In this document: positions 52,304 to 57,595 of the stretch, one piece after another
Position numbering within the stretch: the first letter of the stretch is position 1
Layout: the number at the start of each line of letters is the position of its first letter
The notes under the pieces: generated by a model
Databases searched by the model: none
Seen by the model: the letters and a program-made list of their open reading frames with translations, nothing else
Told to the model about the DNA's origin: nothing
Position numbers and translations under genes: made by a program
Source of the DNA: a virus
Direction: 5' to 3' (one strand)
Length of the DNA: 57,595 nucleotides
IMG/VR virus record: IMGVR_UViG_3300030248_000076
Location: 1 to 57,595 of that record

Positions 52304-52596
52304 CCGATAACGCGGGAAATTTTGATCTTTTTGACCCAACGCTTCTGCCAGAGCGTCCGGTGACTGGAGCTGAGCTGCAGGCCGCTTTCGGGATTTCAGG
52401 CGATGCACTCCGCGCCGCAGTGCTTTCCGGAAAGCTGCCCCCTGCTGCGGAAGTCAACTGGATGCGCAATTGTTCGATATGGTACGTCGGACAAATTCGC
52501 GAGTTCTTTCGCGGAAAGTGTCAAGAGGCAATCCGCAAAGATCGGGCTGCCGCCAAGTCCGCACCGCCCACGTCGTGCGCGATGCCCGCGCACTGA
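52300..52596 (+). CDS. Putative excisionase / AlpA-like HTH protein
   Basis: 98 aa, HTH VTGAELQAAFGISGDALRAAV. Last gene before attP and int. Confidence 0.5.
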   Translation: MTDNAGNFDLFDPTLLPERPVTGAELQAAFGISGDALRAAVLSGKLPPAAEVNWMRNCSIWYVGQIREFFRGKCQEAIRKDRAAAKSAPPTSCAMPAH

Positions 52597-52625
52597 TCGT
52601 GCTAAAGTGATCAAAGAGAGAACGT

Positions 52626-52672
52626 CGCCCCCGGGAGTCCTGATGATCAGCTCCCGGGGGCGAAGTTTTTTT
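52626..52672 (+). terminator. Strong intrinsic terminator ending the early operon
   Basis: 12-bp stem cgcccccgggag/ctcccgggggcg plus 4 inner pairs, then TTTTTTT. Confidence 0.85.
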
Positions 52673-52679
52673 GCGGATA

Positions 52680-52936
52680 GTGGGGCAAAGTGTGGGGCAA
52701 TTTTCTGAGACGCCCCGCTCGCCCAATGAATGCGGGAAAGTCCTCATACTCAGATGTTCTAAACCCCACCCCGAGAGCAGTCCGCGATTCATCCGTGAAT
52801 CCCCCGCACTTCCCCGCGCGGGCGCCGATATACTCGGAAGAGCCCGCGCACATACCGCAGATCGGCCGGTTTTGCCCCGCAACTCGTCGCGTCTTCGTGT
52901 GGGGCAATTGGTGGGGCAAAGTTCTCTCTGCCCCAC
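52680..52936. promoter_or_regulatory. attP region with arm-type repeats GTGGGGCAA
   Basis: Direct copies at 52680, 52692, 52899 and 52911. Inverted near-copies at 52872-52880 and 52928-52936. Confidence 0.6.
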
Positions 52937-52940
52937 TCTT

Positions 52941-54158
52941 ATGCCTCCCGCTCAAAAAGTCACCGCGAAGTCCGCCCTCACGCTCCCGGATGGACGCTAC
53001 CTCGTCGAGCCGCAGCTCTATCTCGTCGTCCGCCGCGGCGGACTCTCCCGGACCTACTTCATCCGCTACACCCTAGACGGCCGCCGGCGCGATTTCAGCC
53101 TTGGAAGTGCAAAGGACAAAACCCTCGCGGTCGTCAAGGCCGAAGCCGCGCAGGTCCGATCGCTCCTCGCGCGCGGGATCGACCCGAAGGACGCCCGCGA
53201 CCGGGAGCGCGCCGAACGCGCCCGTCCACTCGTCCCGACCTTTGCAGAGTACGTCCCCGGGGCACTTGATGAGCTGAAGCATTTGAGACACTGGGCGGAG
53301 CGCTCCGCATGGACGTATCAGGCGCTCGCGAACATCGCGCTCCGCGATGCGGGATTCGCGTCCCGCCGCCTTGACGAAATCACGGTCGAGAACGTCAAGG
53401 ACTTCCTCACAGGCGTTTGGGATCAGTACAAAAACGCGCACCACTTGCGCGGGCTTTTGGAGATGATCTTCACGCTCGCGCGCCGCGACGGCTTCATGAC
53501 GATCCCGAATCCCGCGCTATGGCGTGGGAACCTCGACGCCTACCTGCCCCTCAAGACGAAAGAGCGCCGCCCAGAGCACTTTCACGCGATCTCACTTGAC
53601 GCGCTCCGGGACGCGCTCCGGGTGCTCATCACGGGGGAGTGTCAGAGCGATCCGGCAATCATCTTCCTCGCCCTCACCGCATGCCGGCGTGATGAGGTGC
53701 TTTTCATGCGATGGAGCGAAGTGGACTTCGATACGCGCACCTTCTCCGTGCCGCCCGAGCGCCGAAAGGACCGTCGGCCCGAGCCGCACGTCGTGCCGCT
53801 CTCAGATCAAGCCCTTGCGCTCCTCGCGCACTGGAAAAAAACTCGGGCCTCACTGCTTTGCGACCGGCGATTTGCCTCCAGGCGTCTAAAAAAAGTCTCA
53901 GGAGACGAAGACGCCACTCTGCACGGAATGCGATCAACTTTTCGTGACTGGTGCGCAGAGACCGGAAAGGATCCGATCCTTGCTGAGAAGTCGCTTATGC
54001 ATGCGACCGGCAACGCCGTCCAGCAGGCATATCAGAGAAGCGACCTGCTTGAGCAGCGACGTCCGCTCATGCAGGCGTGGGCAGACACGATTCTGCCCAT
54101 GGATACGCTAAAAGAAGTTCTGCCAGAAAGTATGAATACTCCGACGGAAAAGTATTGA
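52941..54158 (+). CDS. int: Tyrosine integrase, P4-like (DUF4102 N-domain)
   Basis: Start MPPAQKV. DGRYLV...LYLVVRRGGLSRTYFIRY N-domain, and C-terminal R...HGMRSTFRDW...Y catalytic motifs. Confidence 0.9.
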   Translation: MPPAQKVTAKSALTLPDGRYLVEPQLYLVVRRGGLSRTYFIRYTLDGRRRDFSLGSAKDKTLAVVKAEAAQVRSLLARGIDPKDARDRERAERARPLVPTFAEYVPGALDELKHLRHWAERSAWTYQALANIALRDAGFASRRLDEITVENVKDFLTGVWDQYKNAHHLRGLLEMIFTLARRDGFMTIPNPALWRGNLDAYLPLKTKERRPEHFHAISLDALRDALRVLITGECQSDPAIIFLALTACRRDEVLFMRWSEVDFDTRTFSVPPERRKDRRPEPHVVPLSDQALALLAHWKKTRASLLCDRRFASRRLKKVSGDEDATLHGMRSTFRDWCAETGKDPILAEKSLMHATGNAVQQAYQRSDLLEQRRPLMQAWADTILPMDTLKEVLPESMNTPTEKY

Positions 54159-54180
54159 TACTTCGCTGAAAGTATTGATA

Positions 54181-54217
54181 CCCCGCCCTGTCGACCTCCG
54201 CGTCGTCGGGGCTTTTT
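54181..54217 (+). terminator. Intrinsic terminator after int
   Basis: Stem ccccg/cgggg with an inner stem cgac/gtcg, then CTTTTT. Confidence 0.65.
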
Positions 54218-54306
54218 GATGCGCATCAATCTTGATTAATAGTGCGTATCTTTCATCTTGCTTTTTTGTCTTTGAAAGATACATACTATCAATCAAAGGA
54301 GGCACG

Positions 54307-54894
54307 ATGACTACAAACACTCGTGGGGGCGCCCGTAAAGGCGCTGGGCGAAAGCCGGCAGGAACAAGATACGTTCATGTCAGACTTTCGCCGGACCAAC
54401 ATAAACTCTTTGGCCGCCTCGGCGGATCGAAATGGATTCAGGAAAAATTGGAGAACATCATGACAAACGCAAACGACATCATCAACAACATCTTTGAAGA
54501 ACTCGCAGATGACAGCGAAACAAAAGCTGATCTTATTCAGCGCACTCGCGACGCGCTCGAAGATGGTGAGGTTCTTGGCGCGATGAATATCTCGCAAGAA
54601 GAATCAGAGGCCGCCGAGGCGGCGCTTGATGAGCTGGCTGAAAAGCCAGAAACGACGAAGCTCTTTGTCTTCGAGGGAAACTCCCTCGACTTGATGGATA
54701 AAGACGAATTTATGAGCAACTTCGGCCTCGATGGCGACTACGATTCTTGGGTTGGTCAGGGTGGCAATCTTGATGATGTAATGGACTTCAGCACGAAAGA
54801 GCAAGCTCTTACTTATCTTGATGACGCACTCGAAACGGGGCGCATCGATAAAGAAGACTATCGCGCTCTTCGCGTTCAAGCCTTACTTGCGTAA
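54307..54894 (+). CDS. Basic N-terminus plus highly acidic C-domain protein, unknown function
   Basis: Start MTTNTRGGARKGAGRKP with a GGAGG RBS. The remainder is rich in Asp/Glu. Confidence 0.55.
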   Translation: MTTNTRGGARKGAGRKPAGTRYVHVRLSPDQHKLFGRLGGSKWIQEKLENIMTNANDIINNIFEELADDSETKADLIQRTRDALEDGEVLGAMNISQEESEAAEAALDELAEKPETTKLFVFEGNSLDLMDKDEFMSNFGLDGDYDSWVGQGGNLDDVMDFSTKEQALTYLDDALETGRIDKEDYRALRVQALLA

Positions 54895-54910
54895 GAACGC
54901 CGCCAGATAC

Positions 54911-54955
54911 AAAAAAAGAGACCCCGCCCGAGCTTGATGCCCAGGCGGGGTTTCT
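54911..54955. terminator. Bidirectional terminator between convergent genes
   Basis: 8-bp stem accccgcc/ggcggggt. T runs follow on both strands, better on the minus strand. Confidence 0.7.
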
Positions 54956-55372
54956 TCATTTCTGGAGCGCGCTTACGGCGTCTGCTTTGGCGGCGCTTCT
55001 GATAGCCAGCTCTCGACCTTCAGAAAGAAGCTCTGTACTTTCTCTGAGTAGTTCTGTGCATCTTGCGAGATCGGCGCTGTCAGGCTCTTGGGCAAGGGCT
55101 TCTGCTCTGCGCAGTCGACGATCGAACGCGTCGCGCATCCGGTCAGCATCAGCGCGAGCACTATCAAGCTCGCCGCGAGAAGCAGCGACGGCATCCATTG
55201 CTGAAACCAGTCGCGCATAGTCTTTCCTCCCTTGTTCTGCTCGCGCTTCTGCGGCTTCGAGCCGATACGCCTTGAGAGCCGCATCCCCACGCGCCGAAGC
55301 GAGCTGATAGCCCGCCGCGAAAATGGCGAATGCGAGTACCGCAACGGCGGCATATTTCAACCAATTTGTCAT
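54956..55372 (-). CDS. Rz: i-spanin (Rz-like, DUF2514-like)
   Basis: N-terminal TM plus a coiled-coil periplasmic domain. Last gene of the lysis cassette. Confidence 0.75.
   Translation of the reverse strand: MTNWLKYAAVAVLAFAIFAAGYQLASARGDAALKAYRLEAAEARAEQGRKDYARLVSAMDAVAASRGELDSARADADRMRDAFDRRLRRAEALAQEPDSADLARCTELLRESTELLSEGRELAIRSAAKADAVSALQK
54973..55218 (-). CDS. Rz1: o-spanin lipoprotein embedded in the +1 frame of Rz
   Basis: MRDWFQQWMPSLLLAASLIVLALMLTGC has an LTGC lipobox. GGAGGA RBS. Confidence 0.75.
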   Translation of the reverse strand: MRDWFQQWMPSLLLAASLIVLALMLTGCATRSIVDCAEQKPLPKSLTAPISQDAQNYSEKVQSFFLKVESWLSEAPPKQTP

Positions 55373-55491
55373 TTAAGAGCATCCCGCCAGGCCTTGACTA
55401 CTTTCGCCGCCAGAAGCAATGCGAAGAGGATGCCGAAAGCGATCAGAACGCCGTAAACGCACGTCGCTTGCCACGTCAGATTCGGCTCCAT
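55369..55491 (-). CDS. 40-aa single-TM protein upstream of Rz (not in the ORF track)
   Basis: Hand translation MEPNLTWQATCVYGVLIAFGILFALLLAAKVVKAWRDALK. GGGAGGG RBS; ATGA overlap with Rz. Confidence 0.5.
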   Translation of the reverse strand: MEPNLTWQATCVYGVLIAFGILFALLLAAKVVKAWRDALK

Positions 55492-55574
55492 CACGAGCCC
55501 TCCCAGCCTTAAAAGCCGCTATGGGCAAATTGAATATGTACCCATTTAGGGTTATACAAGGTACCTCTTGACGT

Positions 55575-56126
55575 TTATTGTCGAATGTGCCATCCCTTTA
55601 TAGGATTTGCGTAGCAGGTATGGTGCTTTCGTCCTGCTTCATAAGAGCTGAAAAGCTTCCAGCCGAGCGAAACGCGAACGCAGCACGGACGCCCCAACAA
55701 GCGATAGTGCTTTACGTAATACAAATGGAAGGCAACAAGCTTCGATCCGCGATACACGCGCCGATAACACGTGCCGCTGATGCCGCTCTGATCGCCAGCC
55801 GATTCGTCACCTTCGATGATCCAGCTATCCGTTGGCAAGACCTCAACGCCAAGAACATCGATGCCAAAGCCATAGGCCACGTTTCGCAAAAACCAAGCAA
55901 GGCGCCTGAGATATGTCCAAATACCGCCCGACCGAGGCCAGCGTTCCATATGTCCCTCATCACCGTCGCAAGGGTTGTCCGGCGTTTGGAACCACCAAAG
56001 CCATCGAGGCAAATAGCCATTTTCTTGCACAAAAAAAGGCAGGATCGGTGCGATGATCCTGCCCACAATGGCCATTAGAAAATCCAGCGGTATTCGTACC
56101 GCCCACTTGAGTACACAACTAAGCAT
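55575..56126 (-). CDS. Membrane-anchored protein of unknown function inside the lysis cassette
   Basis: Start MLSCVLKW overlaps the endolysin stop (ATGA). PRWLWWFQTPDNPCDGDEGH motif. Confidence 0.5.
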   Translation of the reverse strand: MLSCVLKWAVRIPLDFLMAIVGRIIAPILPFFVQENGYLPRWLWWFQTPDNPCDGDEGHMERWPRSGGIWTYLRRLAWFLRNVAYGFGIDVLGVEVLPTDSWIIEGDESAGDQSGISGTCYRRVYRGSKLVAFHLYYVKHYRLLGRPCCVRVSLGWKLFSSYEAGRKHHTCYANPIKGWHIRQ

Positions 56127-56575
56127 CAGTACCCCCGCAAGAAGTATTCGCGTTCTTCGCGTCGGCGCTTGACTAGTCCAGCAAGCTCTTTGCCCCCCGC
56201 CTTGGTCCAATCCAAAAACTCGTCGGCGGCGCCCTCTTCATCTCCTTCATTTAGCTTGCGCAGAAGCTTAGACATCGATACAGCTCGAACGCCGACATTG
56301 AAAGCAAGTGACATCAGAGCTATAAACTGCCCGCTTGTCACTGAAACATTGAGGTACTCAATCAGCCGGTTTTGCACGTCTTGCAGATCAGAAGCTAAGA
56401 CTTGACGTGCGTTCTCCATATCGATTTGGTCGTCTGGATGAACGCCGCCGGTATGGCCGTAGCCAATGGTCCAGACGCCCGCAGGGCACAGATATGCCTT
56501 GCCGCGAAAGCCCTCATGCTCTATGACGAGAGGCACGGCAAGATCAGGGGGATACTCCCCAAAGTTCTTTTTCAT
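56126..56575 (-). CDS. Endolysin, GH24 (T4/lambda-type lysozyme)
   Basis: EHEGFRGKAYLCPAGVWTIGYGHT catalytic region. Confidence 0.9.
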   Translation of the reverse strand: MKKNFGEYPPDLAVPLVIEHEGFRGKAYLCPAGVWTIGYGHTGGVHPDDQIDMENARQVLASDLQDVQNRLIEYLNVSVTSGQFIALMSLAFNVGVRAVSMSKLLRKLNEGDEEGAADEFLDWTKAGGKELAGLVKRRREEREYFLRGY

Positions 56576-57084
56576 TTTTTGTCCTTATGGTCGTCTTGGG
56601 GATCGTCATTCAGACCAATGCCGTCAAGTTTTGAGTCGACGGCGTTTTCCAGACGCTTTTCGAGCGTCAAAAAGATCTTTCGCAGTGCTGGCGGCAAAGC
56701 CTCTCCGTACCCGGCCTTTTCTACGTTTTCAATGATTGAGCCGAATTCGCCGCATGCATAAGCGCAGAGCGTGACGCTCTGAAATACAGGCATGTCGTGC
56801 AAGATGTACCAAAACGACACATCGAGACCGTGAGCAAGAATGATGATTGCGAAGGCAAGACCCTTCTTGACCATCCCAAAACTCAAGCGCTTCGAGGACC
56901 ATGTGCCAGTCTTAATAGCTGCCCAGATGCCTGTAATTAGGTCGGCGATTACGAAGATGAGGAACCACCAAACGAGAGGCGCCACCGACTGCAAAGTGGT
57001 GCTGTAGATCAAGCCGATCCACCCACCAAGCACAGCGAGCGCTCCCTCGACTCCTCTTGGCAGGAGATCGTGCAGAGGCATCAC
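56572..57084 (-). CDS. Holin (multi-TM)
   Basis: Several TM helices and a charged C-tail, immediately upstream of the endolysin. Confidence 0.75.
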   Translation of the reverse strand: MMPLHDLLPRGVEGALAVLGGWIGLIYSTTLQSVAPLVWWFLIFVIADLITGIWAAIKTGTWSSKRLSFGMVKKGLAFAIIILAHGLDVSFWYILHDMPVFQSVTLCAYACGEFGSIIENVEKAGYGEALPPALRKIFLTLEKRLENAVDSKLDGIGLNDDPQDDHKDKK

Positions 57085-57085
57085 A

Positions 57086-57298
57086 TCACCCCATAAGACG
57101 AGCGACGTAAAAGCCAGCGGCGAATCCGACCACTGTCATGACGCCCGCAACGCTTCCCCAAAAGACGCGCGTCTTGCGACGCGTCTCCGCATCGAGCAGA
57201 GCCTTCTGGGCCTCAACCTTGGCGATGAGCTCGTCCGTCACTTCCTCGACCTTGACGCCGAGCTTGTCGAGCCATTCCTTCACTTCTTCTTTCGTCAT
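57086..57298 (-). CDS. Small C-terminally anchored membrane protein (lysis accessory?)
   Basis: Start MTKEEVKEW with an AAGGAG RBS, preferred over the tracked start at 57355, which has no RBS and overlaps a terminator. Confidence 0.5.
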   Translation of the reverse strand: MTKEEVKEWLDKLGVKVEEVTDELIAKVEAQKALLDAETRRKTRVFWGSVAGVMTVVGFAAGFYVARLMG

Positions 57299-57354
57299 TT
57301 CAGTCACCTTCTCCTTCAGCGCCTCTTTCAGCGCCTTGACAATAAAATTCCACA

Positions 57355-57379
57355 TAAGAAAAAACCGCCTAAAGGCGGT
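57355..57379 (-). terminator. Hairpin terminator immediately upstream of the lysis cassette
   Basis: Stem accgcc/ggcggt, loop taaa, followed on the minus strand by TTTTTTCTT. Confidence 0.55.
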
Positions 57380-57456
57380 GTGATAAAGTTATGTATACGT
57401 ACCATGCTCATGGGTGAGCCAACAACCGTGAGCCATTTTTTGCACCCATATCAAAC

Positions 57457-57595
57457 ATGTTTCAAGATGTCACCCCCCCCCAACCAACATTCTTCGTTTA
57501 GTGGTTAACCTTGATCGCTCGGCCGAGCGCCTAGAATCGATTTCAAAACAACTTTCCGCGCAGGGCCTCTCCTTCCAACGCATCCACGCTATAGA
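57457..57595 (+). other. 5' end of the GT25 gene across the circular junction: ATG 57457 (in frame if 10 C), ATG 57467 and 57403 (in frame if 8 C)
   Basis: Hand translation of all three frames through the tract at 57473-57481. Confidence 0.7.
57473..57595. repeat. Terminal direct repeat, copy 2
   Basis: Identical to 1-123. Confidence 0.95.

Noticed and set aside
52671-52940. 90-codon N-terminal extension of the integrase ORF
   Set aside because: It is translated from the attP arm-repeat region. The conserved P4-type N-domain begins right after the Met at 52941.
1-57595. Serine invertase (Gin/Hin/Cin-type) that could drive the fibre inversion
   Set aside because: No ORF with the N-terminal YxRVSxxxQ resolvase motif was seen in any frame of the ORF track. 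ORFs under 60 aa and split genes cannot be excluded.

Overview
The window is one complete temperate, contractile-tailed phage genome from a Gram-negative host, assembled as a circle. Bases 1-123 are identical to 57473-57595, so the unit genome is 57,472 bp.

Layout:
- Minus strand, 35.7 kb down to 0.8 kb: Cro-like regulator, replication initiator with an internal iteron origin, DnaC-like loader, a nin-like region (SPFH protein, RusA, Q-like regulator), TerS, TerL, portal, head genes, neck, sheath/tube, tape measure, baseplate, and several fibre genes.
- Minus strand, 57.3-55.0 kb: lysis cassette (holin, GH24 endolysin, Rz with embedded Rz1).
- Plus strand, 35.8-54.9 kb: CI-like repressor, Rha/Bro/KilAC/DinD antirepressor-type genes, RecT plus a PD-(D/E)XK exonuclease, many small early genes, a methyltransferase, a Xis-like protein, attP and a P4-type integrase.

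Most notable observations:
1. TerL is split by two related LAGLIDADG inteins that carry the class 3 (W-C-T) signature.
2. A promoterless alternative tail-fibre tip lies tail-to-tail with the expressed tip. The pair is bounded by in-frame 19-bp inverted repeats, and no invertase gene is present.
3. A 9-C homopolymer sits in the 5' end of a family-25 LPS/LOS glycosyltransferase. The gene is out of frame in this assembly, and either 8 or 10 C would restore an ATG-led frame.
4. Other items: a free-standing HNH endonuclease, an SPFH plus small-membrane-protein cargo pair, a 486-bp repeat shared by two antirepressor genes, structured leader RNAs, a chaperone -1 frameshift, and operator and iteron arrays.

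All family names rest on motif recognition by eye. No searches or computations were run.
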